This document shows positions 39,401-53,200 of a stretch of 64,000 nucleotides of DNA, one piece after another (positions within the stretch are counted from its first letter, which is position 1; each line of letters opens with the position of its first letter). The notes under the pieces are model-generated. The model was not told the DNA's origin, did not search any database, and saw nothing but the letters and a program-made list of their open reading frames with translations. A program made the translations under genes and the position numbers. The stretch comes from the human T2T-CHM13v2.0 reference genome, Homo sapiens, in assembly GCF_009914755.1 (NCBI RefSeq), contig NC_060946.1; one strand, written 5' to 3'.

Positions 39401-42389
39401 GTTCTTCTCTGCTAGTTGAGTACATTCGTCATAAAGATATTTCTGAGAATGTTTCTGTCTAGTGGTTATGGGAAGATATTTGCTTTTTCACCGTAGGCCT
39501 CAGAGCGCTCCAAATATGCACTTGCACATACTACAAAAAGAGTGCTTCAAAGCTGCTCTCTGAAACGGAATGTTCAACTCTATGAGTTGAATGCCAACAT
39601 CACAAAGACATTTCTGAGAATGCTTCTGTCTAGATTTGATATGAAGATATTCCCGTTTCCAACGTAATCTTCAAATCTATCCAAATGTCCCCTTGCAGAT
39701 TCAACAAAGTGTTTTTCAAAACTGCTGTACCAAAGAAAGATCCACCTCTGTTAGCTGAGTTCACACTTCACAAACAAGTTTATCAGAATGCTTCTGTCTA
39801 GTTTTTATTTGAAGATATATCCTTTCTAACTATAGACCTGAAAGCTCTCATAAAGTTCACTTCCAGATACTACAGAAAGAGTGTTTCAAAACTGCTGTAC
39901 GAAAGGGAATGTTCAACTCTGTGACTTGAATGCACACATCACAAGGATGTTTCTGAGGATGCTGCTGTCTACTTTTTATACGTAATCCCGTTTCCAACGA
40001 AATCCTCCAAGCTATCCAAATATCCACTTGCAGATTCCACAGAAAGACTGTTTCAAAACTGCTCTGTCAATAGAAAGGTTCAACTCTGTTAGCTGCGTGC
40101 ATATATCCCAAAGAAGATTCTGAGATTGCTTCTGTCTAGTTTTTATGGGAAGATATTTCCCTTTTCACCGTAGGTGTCAAGGCGCTCCAAATGTCCACTT
40201 CCAGATACTACAAAAAGAGTGTTTCAAACCTACTCTGTGAAAGGGAATATTCAACTCTGTGACTTGAATGCAGATATCACAAAGAAGTTTCTGAGAATGC
40301 TTCTGTCGAGATTTTATATGAAGATACTCCCGTTTCCAACGAAATCCTGAAATCTATCCAAATATCCCCTCGCAGATTCTACAAAAAGAGTGTTTCAAAA
40401 CTGCTCTGTAAAAGGAAAGGTTCAACTCTGTTAGTTGAGTACACACATCACAAACAAGTTTCACAGAATGCTTCTTTCTAGCTGCTAGGGGAAGATATTC
40501 CCTTTATCACCATGGGCCTCAAACCGTCCGAAACGTCCACTTCCATATACTACAAAAAGAGCGTTTCAAACCTGCTCTAGGAAAGGCAATGTTCAACTCT
40601 GTGACTTGAATGCAGACATCACAGAGCAGTTTCTGAGAATGCTTCTGTCTAGATTTCATAGGAAGATATTCCCGTTTCCAACGAAATCTTCACAGCTATC
40701 CAAATATCCACTTGCAGATTCTACAAAAAGAGTGTATCAAAACTGCTCTGTCAAAAGGAAGGTTCTTCTCTGTTACTTGAGTGCATTCGTCACAAAGGAG
40801 TTTCTGAGAATGTTTCTGTCTAGTGGTTATGGGAAGATATTTGCTTTCTCACCGTAGGCCTCAGAGCGCTCCAAATATCCACTTGCACATACTACAAAAA
40901 GAGTGCTTCAATGCTGCTCTCTGAAACGGAATGTTCAACTCTATGAGTTGAATGCAAACATCACAAAGACGTTTCTGAGAATGCTTCTGTCTAGATTTGA
41001 TATGAAGATATTCCCGTTTCCAACGAAATCTTCAAATCTATCCAAATGTCCACTTGCAGATTCAACAAAAAGTGTTTTTCAGAACTGCTCTTTCAAAAGA
41101 AAGATCCACCTCTGTTAGCTGAGTTCACACATCACAAACAAGTTTATGAGAATGCTTCTGTCTAGTTTTTATTTGAAGATATTTCCTTTCTCACCATAGA
41201 CCTGAAAGCTGTCCTAATGTTCACTTCCAGATACTACAGAAAGAGTGTTTCAAAACTGCTGTACGAAAGGGAATGTTCAACTCTGTGAGTTGAATGCACA
41301 CATCACAAAGAAGTTTCTGAGGATGCTGCTGTCTACTTTTTATACGTAATCCCGTTTCCAACGAAATCCTCCAATCTATCCAAATATCCACTTGCAGATT
41401 CCACAGAAAGACTGTTTCAAAACTGCTCTGTCAATAGAAAGGTTCAACTCTGTTAGCTGCGTGCATATATCCCAAAGAAGATTCTGAGATTGCTTCTGTC
41501 TAGTTTTTATGGGAAGATATTTCCCTTTTCACCGTAGGTGTCAAGGCGCTCCAAATGTCCACTTCCAGATACTCCAAAAAGAGTGTTTCAAACCTACTCT
41601 GTGAAAGGGAATATTCAACTCTGTGACTTGAATGCAGATATCACAAAGAAGTTTCTGAGAATTCTTCTGTCGAGATTTTGTTCGAAGATATTCCCGTTTC
41701 CAACGAAATCCTGAAATCTATCCAAATATCCCCTCGCAGATTCTACAAAAAGAGTGTTTCAAAACTGCTCTGTAAAAAGAAAGGTTCAACTCTGTTAGTT
41801 GAGTACACACATCACAAACAAGTTTCACAGAATGCTTCTTTCTAGCTTGTAGGGGAAGATATTCCCTTTATCACCATGGGCCTCAAACCGTCCGAAACGT
41901 CCACTTCCATATACTAAAAAAACAGTGTTTGAAACCTGCTCTATGAAAGGCAATGTTCAACTCTGTGACTTGAATGCAGACATCACAGAGCAGTTTCTGA
42001 GAATGCTTCTGTCCAGACTTTATAGGAAGATATTCCCGTTTCCAACGAAATCTTCACAGCTATCCAAATATCCACTTGCAGATAGTACAAAAAGAGTGTA
42101 TCAGAAATGCTCTGTCAAAAGGAAAGTTCTTCTCTGCTAGTTGAGTACATACGTCATAAAGAACTTTCTGAGAATGTTCCTGTCTAGTTGTTATGGGAAG
42201 ATATTTGCTTTTTCCCCGTAGGCCTCAAAGCGCTCCAAATGTCCACTTGCACATACTACAAAAAGAGTGCTTCAAAGCTCCTCTCTGAAAGAGAATGTTC
42301 AACTCTATGAGTTGAATGCAAACATCACAAAGACGTTTCTGAGAATGCTTCTGTCTAGATTTGATATGAAGATATTCCCGTTTCCAACG

Positions 42390-45300
42390 AAATTTTCAAA
42401 TCTATCCAAATGTCCACTTGCAGATTCAACAAAGTGTTTTTCAAAACTGCTGTATCAAAAGAAAGATCCACCTCTGTTAGCTGAGTTCACACTTCACAAA
42501 CAAGTTTATCAGAATGCTTCTGTCTAGTTTTTATTTGAAGATATATCCTTTCTCACTATAGACCTGAAAGCTCTCCTAAAGTTCACTTCCAGATACTACA
42601 GAAAGAGTTTTTCAAAACTGCTGTACCAAAGGGAATGTTCAACTCTGTGACTTGAATGCACACATCACAAGGAAGATTCTGAGGATGCTGCTGTCTACTT
42701 TTTATACGTAATCCCGTTTCCAACGAAATCCCCCAAGCTATCCAAATATCCACTTGCAGATTCCACAGAAAGACTGTTTCAAAACTGCTCTGTCAATAGA
42801 AAGGTGCAACTCTGTTAGCTGCGTGCATATATCCCAAAGCAGATTCTGAGATTGCTTCTGTCTAGTTTTTAAGGGAAGATATTTCCCTTTTCACCGTAGG
42901 CGTCAAGGCGCTCCAAATGTCCACTTCCAGATACTACAAAAAGAGTGTTTCAAACCTACTCTGTGAAAGGGAATATTCAACTCTGTGACTTGAATGCACA
43001 TATCATAAAGAAGTTTCTGGGAATGTTTCTGTCGAGATTTTATAGGAAGATATTCCCGTTTCCAACGAAATCATGAATTCTATCCAAATAACCCCTCGCA
43101 GATTCTACAAAAAGAGTGTTTCAAAACTGCTCTGTAAAAAGAAAGGTTCAACTCTGTTAGTTGAGTACACACATCACAAACAAGTTTCACAGAATGCTTC
43201 TCTCTAGCTTGTAGGGGAAGATATTTCCTATATCACCATGGGCCTCAAACTGTCCGAATCGTCCCCTTCCATATACTAAAAAAAGAGTGTTTGAAACCTC
43301 CTCTATGAAAGGCAATGTTCTACTCTGTGACTTGAATGCAGACATCACAGGGCAGTTTCTGAGAATGCTTCTGTCCAGAGTTTATAGGAAGATATTCCCG
43401 TTTCCAACGAAATCTTCACAGCTATCCAAATATCCACTTGCAGATACTAAAAAAGAGTGTATCAAAAATGCGCTGTCAAAAGGAAAGTTCTTCTCTGCTA
43501 GTTGAGTACATTCGTCATAAAGATATTTCTGAGAATGTTTCTGTCTAGTGGTTATGGGAAGATATTTGCTTTTTCACCGTAGGCCTCAGAGCGCTCCAAA
43601 TATGCACTTGCACATACTACAAAAAGAGTGCTTCAAAGCTGCTCTCTGAAACGGAATGTTCAACTCTATGAGTTGAATGCCAACATCACAAAGACGTTTC
43701 TGAGAATGCTTCTGTCTAGATTTGATATGAAGATATTCCCGTTTCCAACGTAATCTTCAAATCTATCCAAATGTCCCCTTGCAGATTCAACAAAGTGTTT
43801 TTCAAAACTGCTGTACCAAAGAAAGATCCACCTCTGTTAGCTGAGTTCACACTTCACAAACAAGTTTATCAGAATGCTTCTGTCTAGTTTTTATTTGAAG
43901 ATATATCCTTTCTCACTATAGACCTGAAAGCTCTCATAAAGTTCACTTCCAGATACTACAGAAAGAGTGTTTCAAAACTGCTGTACGAAAGGGAATGTTC
44001 AACTCTGTGACTTGAATGCACACATCACAAGGATGTTTCTGAGGATGCTGCTGTCTACTTTTTATACGTAATCCCGTTTCCAACGAAATCCTCCAAGCTA
44101 TCCAAATATCCACTTGCAGATTCCACAGAAAGACTGTTTCAAAACTGCTCTGTCAATAGAAAGGTTCAACTCTGTTAGCTGCGTGCATATATCCCAAAGA
44201 AGATTCTGAGATTGCTTCTGTCTAGTTTTTATGGGAAGATATTTCCCTTTTCACCGTAGGTGTCAAGGCGCTCCAAATGTCCACTTCCAGATACTACAAA
44301 AAGAGTGTTTCAAACCTACTCTGTGAAAGGGAATATTCAACTCTGTGACTTGAATGCAGATATCACAAAGAAGTTTCTGAGAATGCTTCTGTCGAGATTT
44401 TATATGAAGATATTCCCGTTTCCAACGAAATCCTGAAATCTATCCAAATATCCCCTCGCAGATTCTACAAAAAGAGTGTTTCAAAACTGCTCTGTAAAAG
44501 GAAAGGTTCAACTCTGTTAGTTGAGTACACACATCACAAACAAGTTTCACAGAATGCTTCTTTCTAGCTGCTAGGGGAAGATATTCCCTTTATCACCATG
44601 GGCCTCAAACCGTCCGAAACGTCCACTTCCATATACTACAAAAAGAGCGTTTCAAACCTGCTCTAGGAAAGGCAATGTTCAACTCTGTGACTTGAATGCA
44701 GACATCACAGAGCAGTTTCTGAGAATGCTTCTGTCTAGATTTCATAGGAAGATATTCCCGTTTCCAACGAAATCTTCACAGCTATCCAAATATCCACTTG
44801 CAGATTCTACAAAAAGAGTGTATCAAAACTGCTCTGTCAAAAGGAAGGTTCTTCTCTGTTACTTGAGTGCATTCGTCACAAAGGAGTTTCTGAGAATGTT
44901 TCTGTCTAGTGGTTATGGGAAGATATTTGCTTTCTCACCGTACGCCTCAGAGCGCTCCAAATATCCACTTGCACATACTACAAAAAGAGTGCTTCAATGC
45001 TGCTCTCTGAAAGGGAATGTTCAACTCTATGAGTTGAATGCAAACATCACAAAGACGTTTCTGAGAATGCTTCTGTCTAGATTTGATATGAAGATATTCC
45101 CGTTAGCAACGAAATTTTCAAATCTATCCAAATGTCCACTTGCAGATTCAACAAAGTGTTTTTCAAAACTGCTGTATCAAAAGAAAGATCCACCTCTGTT
45201 AGCTGAGTTCACACTTCACAAACAAGTTTATCAGAATGCTTCTGTCTAGTTTTTATTTGAAGATATATCCTTTCTCACTATAGACCTGAAAGCTCTCCTA

Positions 45301-47210
45301 AAGTTCACTTCCAGATACTACAGAAAGAGTTTTTCAAAACTGCTGTACCAAAGGGAATGTTCAACTCTGTGACTTGAATGCACACATCACAAGGAAGATT
45401 CTGAGGATGCTGCTGTCTACTTTTTATACGTAATCCCGTTTCCAACGAAATCCCCCAATCTATCCAAATATCCACTTGCAGATTCCACAGAAAGACTGTT
45501 TCAAAACTGCTCTGTCAATAGAAAGGTGCAACTCTGTTAGCTGCGTGCATATATCCCAAAGCAGATTCTGAGATTGCTTCTGTCTAGTTTTTAAGGGAAG
45601 ATATTTCCCTTTTCACCGTAGGCGTCAAGGCGCTCCAAATGTCCACTTCCAGATACTACAAAAAGAGTGTTTCAAACCTACTCTGTGAAAGGGAATATTC
45701 AACTCTGTGACTTGAATGCACATATCATAAAGAAGTTTCTGGGAATGTTTCTGTCGAGATTTTATAGGAAGATATTCCCGTTTCCAACGAAATCATGAAT
45801 TCTATCCAAATAACCCCTCGCAGATTCTACAAAAAGAGTGTTTCAAAACTGCTCTGTAAAAAGAAAGGTTCAACTCTGTTAGTTGAGTACACACATCACA
45901 AACAAGTTTCACAGAATGCTTCTCTCTAGCTTGTAGGGGAAGATATTTCCTATATCACCATGGGCCTCAAACTGTCCGAATCGTCCCCTTCCATATACTA
46001 AAAAAAGAGTGTTTGAAACCTCCTCTATGAAAGGCAATGTTCTACTCTGTGACTTGAATGCAGACATCACAGGGCAGTTTCTGAGAATGCTTCTGTCCAG
46101 AGTTTAGAGGAAGATATTCCCGTTTCCAACGAAATCTTCACAGCTATCCAAATATCCACTTGCAGATACTAAAAAAGAGTGTATCAAAAATGCGCTGTCA
46201 AAAGGAAAGTTCTTCTCTGCTAGTTGAGTACATTCGTCATAAAGATATTTCTGAGAATGTTTCTGTATAGTGGTTATGGGAAGATATTTGCTTTTTCACC
46301 GTAGGCCTCAGAGCGCTCCAAATATGCACTTGCACATACTACAAAAAGAGTGCTTCAAAGCTGCTCTCTGAAACGGAATGTTCAACTCTATGAGTTGAAT
46401 GCCAACATCACAAAGACGTTTCTGAGAATGCTTCTGTCTAGATTTGATATGAAGATATTCCCGTTTCCAACCTAATCTTCAAATCTATCCAAATGTCCCC
46501 TTGCAGATTCAACAAAGTGTTTTTCAAAACTGCTGTACCAAAGAAAGATCCACCTCTGTTAGCTGAGTTCACACTTCACAAACAAGTTTATCAGAATGCT
46601 TCTGTCTAGTTTTTATTTGAAGATATATCCTTTCTCACTATAGACCTGAAAGCTCTCATAAAGTTCACTTCCAGATACTACAGAAAGAGTGTTTCAAAAC
46701 TGCTGTACGAAAGGGAATGTTCAACTCTGTGACTTGAATGCACACATCACAAGGATGTTTCTGAGGATGCTGCTGTCTACTTTTTATACGTAATCCCGTT
46801 TCCAACGAAATCCTCCAAGCTATCCAAATATCCACTTGCAGATTCCACAGAAAGACTGTTTCAAAACTGCTCTGTCAATAGAAAGGTTCAACTCTGTTAG
46901 CTGCGTGCATATATCCCAAAGAAGATTCTGAGATTGCTTCTGTCTAGTTTTTATGGGAAGATATTTCCCTTTTCACCGTAGGTGTCAAGGCGCTCCAAAT
47001 GTCCACTTCCAGATACTACAAAAAGAGTGTTTCAAACCTACTCTGTGAAAGGGAATATTCAACTCTGTGACTTGAATGCAGATATCACAAAGAAGTTTCT
47101 GAGAATGCTTCTGTCGAGATTTTATATGAAGATATTCCCGTTTCCAACGAAATCCTGAAATCTATCCAAATATCCCCTCGCAGATTCTACAAAAAGAGTG
47201 TTTCAAAACT
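42390..47210. repeat. 2-HOR (2,722-bp offset) local duplication
   Basis: Rare variants recur at +2,722: ctgtaccaaagg at 42621/45343, cccaaagcag at 42833/45555 and gggaatgtttct at 43019/45741. Confidence 0.85.
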
Positions 47211-50200
47211 GCTCTGTAAAAAGAAAGGTTCAACCCTGTTAGTTGAGTACACACATCACAAACAAGTTTCACAGAATGATTCTTTCTAGCTAGTAGGGGA
47301 AGATATTCCCTTTATCACCATGGGTCTCAAACCGTCCGAAACGTTTACTTCCATATACTACAAAAAGAGCGTTTCAAACCTGCTCTATGAAAGGCAATGT
47401 TCAACTCTGTGACTTGAATGCAGACATCACAGAGCAGTTTCTGAGAATGCTTCTGTCTAGATTTTATAGGAAGATATTTCCGTTTCCAACGAAACCTTCA
47501 CAGCTATCCAAATATCCACTTGCAGATTCTACAAAAAGAGTGTATCAAAACTGCTCTGTCAAAAGGAAGGTTCTTCTCTGTTAGTTGAGTACATACGTCA
47601 TAAAGGAGTTTCTGAGAATGTTTCTGTCTAGTGGTTACGGGAAGATATTTGCTTTTGCACCTTAGGCCTCAGAGCGCTCCAAATATCCACTTGCACATAC
47701 TACAAAAAGAGTGCTTCAAAGCTGCTCTCTGAAACGGAATGTTCAACTCTATGAGTTGAATGCAAACATCACAAAGACGTTTCTGAGAATGCTTCTGTCT
47801 AGATTTGATATGAAGATATTCCCGTTTCCAACGAAATCTTCAAATCTATCCAAATGTCCACTTGCAGATTCAACAAAAAGTGTTTTTCAGAACTGCTCTA
47901 TCAAAAGAAAGATCCACCTCTGTTAGCTGAGTTCACACATCACAAACAAGTTTTTGAGAATGCTTCTGTCTAGTTTTTATTTGAAGATATTTCCTTTCTC
48001 ACCATAGAGCTGAAAGCTGTCCTAATGTTCACTTCCAGATACTACAGAAAGAGTGTTTCAAAACTGCTGTACGAAAGGGAATGTTCAACTCTGTGACTTG
48101 AATGCACACATCACAAAGAAGTTTCTGAGGATGCTGCTGTCTACTTTTTATACGTAATCCCGTTTCCAACGAAATCCTCCAAGCTATGCAAATATCCACT
48201 TGCAGATTCCACAGAAAGAGTGTTTCAAAACTGCTCTGTCAATAGAAAGGTTCAACTCTGTTAGCTGCGTGCATATATCCCAAAGAAGATTCTGAGATTG
48301 CTTCTGTCTAGTTTTTATGGGAAGATATTTCCCTTTTCACCGTAGGTGTCAAGGCGCTCCAAATGTCCACTTACAGATACTACAAAAAGAGTGTTTCAAA
48401 CCTACTCTGTGAAAGGGAATATTCAACTCTGTGACTTGAATGCAGATATCACAATGAAGTTTCTGAGAATGCTTCTGTCGCGATTTTATATGAAGATATT
48501 CCCGTTTCCAACAAAACCCTGAAATCTATCCAAATATCTCCTCGCAGATTCTACAAAAAGAGTGTTTCAAAACTGCTCTGTAAAAAGAAAGGTTCAACTC
48601 TGTTAGTTGAGTACACACATCACAAACAAGTTTCACAGAATGCTTCTTTCTAGCTTGTAGGGGAAGATATTCCCTTTATCACCATGGGCCTCAGACCGTC
48701 CGAAACGTCCACTTCCATATACTACAAAAAGAGCGTTTCAAACCTGCTCTATGAAAGGCAATGTTCAACTCTGTGACTTGAATGCAGACATCACAGAGCA
48801 GTTTCTGAGAATGCTTCTGTCTAGATTTTATAGGAAGATATTCCCGTTTCCAACGAAATCTTCACAGCTATCCAAATATCCACTTGCAGATTCTACAAAA
48901 AGAGTGTATCAAAACTGCTTTGTCAAAAGGAAGGTTCTTCTCTGTTAGATGAGTACATACGTCATAAAGGAGTTTCTGAGAATGTTTCTGTCTAGTGGTT
49001 ATGGGAAGATATTTGCTTTTTCACCTTAGGCCTCAGAGCGCTCCAAATATCCACTTGCACATACTACAAAAAGAGTGCTTCAAAGCTGCTCTCTGAAACG
49101 GAATGTTCAACTCTATGAGTTGAATGCAAACATCACAAAGACGTTTCTGAGAATGCTTCTGTCTAGATTTGATATGAAGATATTCCCGTTTCCAACGAAA
49201 TCTTCAAATCTATCCAAATGTCCACTTGCAGATTCAACAAAAAGTGTTTTTCAGAACTGCTCTATCAAAAGAAAGATCCACCTCTGTTAGCTGAGTTCAC
49301 ACATCACAAACAAGTTTATGAGAATGCTTCTGTCTAGTTTTTATTTGAAGATATTTCCTTTCTCACCATAGACCTGAAAGCTGTCCTAATGTTCACTTCC
49401 AGATACTACAGAAAGAGCGTTTCAAAACTGCTGTACGAAAGGGAATGTTCAACTCTGTGACTTGAATGCACACATCACAAAGAAGTTTCTGAGGATGCTG
49501 CTGTCTACTTTTTATACGTAATCCCGTTTCCAACGAAATCCTCCAATCTATCCAAATATCCACTTGCAGATTCCACAGAAAGACTGTTTCAAAACTGCTC
49601 TGTCAATAGAAAGGTTCAACTCTGTTAGCTGTGTGCATATATCCCAAAGAAGTTTCTGAGATTGCTTCTGTCTAGTTTTTATGGGAAGATATTTCCCTTT
49701 TCACCGTAGGTGTCAAGGCGCTTCAAATGTCCACTTCCAGATACTACAAAAAGAGTGTTTCAAACCTACTCTCTGAAAGGGAATATTCAACTCTGTGACT
49801 TGAATGCAGATATCACAATGAAGTTTCTGAGAATGCTTCTGTCGAGATTTTATATGAAGATATTCCCGTTTCCAACGAAATCCTGAAATCTATCCAAATA
49901 TCCCCTCGCAGATTCTACAAAAAGAGTGTTTCAAAACTGCTCTGTAAAAAGAAAGGTTCAACTCTGTTAGTTGAGTACACACATCACAAACAAGTTTCAC
50001 AGAATGCTTCTTTCTAGCTTGTAGGGGAAGATATTCCCTTTAACACCATGGGCCTCAAACCGTCCGAAACGTCCACTTCCATATACTACAAAAAGAGCGT
50101 TTCAAACCTGCTCTATGAAAGGCAATGTTCAACTCTGTGACTTGAATGCAGACATCACAGAGCAGTTTCTGAGAATGCTTCTGTCTAGATTTTATAGGAA

Positions 50201-53200
50201 GATATTCCCGTTTCCAACGAAATCTTCACAGCTATCCAAATATCCACTTGCAGATTCTACAAAAAGAGTGTATCAAAACAGCTCTGTCAAAAGGAAGGTT
50301 CTTCTCTGTTAGGTGAGTGCATACGTCATAAAGGAGTTTCTGAGAATGTTTCTGTCTAGTGGTTATGGGAAGATATTTGCTTTTTCACCGTAGGCCTCAG
50401 AGCGCTCCAAATATCCACTTGCACATACTACAAAAAGAGTGCTTCAAAGCTGCTCTCTGAAACGGAATGTTCAACTCTATGAGTTGAATGCAAACATCAC
50501 AAAGACGTTTCTGAGAATGCTTCTGTCTAGATTTGATATGAAGATATTCCCGTTTCCAACGAAATCTTCAAATCTATCCAAAAGTCCACTTGCAGATTCA
50601 ACAAAAAGTGTTTTTCAGAACTGCTCTATCAAAAGAAAGATCCACCTCTGTTAGCTGAGTTCACACATCACAAACAAGTTTATGAGAATGCTTCTGTCTA
50701 GTTTTTATTTGAAGATATTTCCTTTCTCACCATAGACCTGAAAGCTGTCCTAATGTTCACTTCCAGATACGACAGAAAGAGTGTTTCAAAACTGCTGTAC
50801 GAAAGGGAATGTTCAACTCTGTGACTTGAATGCACACATCACAAAGAAGTTTCTGAGGATGCTGCTGTCTACTTTTTATACGTAATCCCGTTTCCAACGA
50901 AATCCTCCAAGCTATCCAAATATCCACTTGCAGATTCCACAGAAACACTGTTTCAAAACTGCTCTGTCAATAGAAAGGTGCAACTCTGTTAGCTGCGTGC
51001 ATATATCCCAAAGAAGATTCTGAGATTGCTTCTGTCTAGTTTTTAAGGGAAGATATTTCCCTTTTCACCGTAGGCGTCAAGGCGCTCCAAATGTCCACTT
51101 CCAGATACTACAAAAAGAGTGTTTCAAACCTACTCTGTGAAAGGGAATATTCAACTCTGTGACTTGAATGCACATATCATAAAGAAGTTTCTGGGAATGC
51201 TTCTGTCGAGATTTTATAGGAAGATATTCCCGTTTCCAACGAAATCATGAATTCTATCCAAATAACCCCTCGCAGATTCTACAAAAAGAGTGTTTCAAAA
51301 CTGCTCTGTAAAAAGAAAGGTTCAACTCTGTTAGTTGAGTACACACATCACAAACAGGTTTCACAGAATGCTTCTCTCTAGCTTGTAGGGGAAGATATTT
51401 CCTATATCACCATGGGCCTCAAACTGTCCGAATCGTCCCCTTCCATATACTAAAAAAAGAGTGTTTGAAACCTCCTCTATGAAAGGCAATGTTCTACTCT
51501 GTGACTTGAATGCAGACATCACAGGGCAGTTTCTGAGAATGCTTCTGTCCAGAGTTTATAGGAAGATATTCCCGTTTCCAACGAAATCTTCACAGCTATC
51601 CAAATATCCACTTGCAGATACTAAAAAAGAGTGTATCAAAAATGCGCTGTCAAAAGGAAAGTTCTTCTCTGCTAGTTGAGTACATTCGTCATAAAGATAT
51701 TTCTGAGAATGTTTCTGTCTAGTGGTTATGGGAAGATATTTGCTTTTTCACCGTAGGCCTCAGAGCGCTCCAAATATGCACTTGCACATACTACAAAAAG
51801 AGTGCTTCAAAGCTGCTCTCTGAAACGGAATGTTCAACTCTATGAGTTGAATGCCAACATCACAAAGACGTTTCTGAGAATGCTTCTGTCTAGATTTGAT
51901 ATGAAGATATTCCCGTTTCCAACGTAATCTTCAAATCTATCCAAATGTCCCCTTGCAGATTCAACAAAGTGTTTTTCAAAACTGCTGTACCAAAGAAAGA
52001 TCCCCCTCTGTTAGCTGAGTTCACACTTCACAAACAAGTTTATCAGAATGCTTCTGTCTAGTTTTTATTTGAAGATATATCCTTTCTCACTATAGACCTG
52101 AAAGCTCTCATAAAGTTCACTTCCAGATACTACAGAAAGAGTGTTTCAAAACTGCTGTACGAAAGGGAATGTTCAACTCTGTGACTTGAATGCACACATC
52201 ACAAGGATGTTTCTGAGGATGCTGCTGTCTACTTTTTATACGTAATCCCGTTTCCAACGAAATCTTCCAAGCTATCCAAATATCCACTTGCAGATTCCAC
52301 AGAAAGACTGTTTCAAAACTGCTCTGTCAATAGAAAGGTTCAACTCTGTTAGCTGCGTGCATATATCCCAAAGAAGATTCTGAGATTGCTTCTGTCTAGT
52401 TTTTATGGGAAGATATTTCCCTTTTCACCGTAGGTGTCAAGGCGCTCCAAATGTCCACTTCCAGATACTACAAAAAGAGTGTTTCAAACCTACTCTGTGA
52501 AAGGGAATATTCAACTCTGTGACTTGAATGCAGATATCACAAAGAAGTTTCTGAGAATGCTTCTGTCGAGATTTTATATGAAGATATTCCCGTTTCCAAC
52601 GAAATCCTGAAATCTATCCAAATATCCCCTCGCAGATTCTACAAAAAGAGTGTTTCAAAACTGCTCTGTAAAAGGAAAGGTTCAACTCTGTTAGTTGAGT
52701 ACACATATCACAAACAAGTTTCACAGAATGCTTCTTTCTAGCTGCTAGGGGAAGATATTCCCTTTATCACCATGGGCCTCAAACCGTCCGAAACGTCCAC
52801 TTCCATATACTACAAAAAGAGCGTTTCAAACCTGCTCTAGGAAAGGCAATGTTCAACTCTGTGACTTGAATGCAGACATCACAGAGCAGTTTCTGAGAAT
52901 GCTTCTGTCTAGATTTCATAGGAAGATATTCCCGTTTCCAACGAAATCTTCACAGCTATCCAAATATCCACTTGCAGATTCTACAAAAAGAGTGTATCAA
53001 AACTGCTCTGTCAAAAGGAAGGTTCTTCTCTGTTACTTGAGTGCATTCGTCACAAAAGAGTTTCTGAGAATGTTTCTGTCTAGTGGTTATGGGAAGATAT
53101 TTGCTTTCTCACCGTAGGCCTCAGAGCGCTCCAAATATCCACTTGCACATACTACAAAAAGAGTGCTTCAATGCTGCTCTCTGAAACGGAATGTTCAACT

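Noticed and set aside
44692-45249. Longest ORF (185 aa)
   Set aside because: It arises from two stop-loss substitutions (tag>tac near 44862 and 44943) plus the common 2-bp deletion, which join adjacent satellite frames. The translation is internally repetitive with the dimer period.
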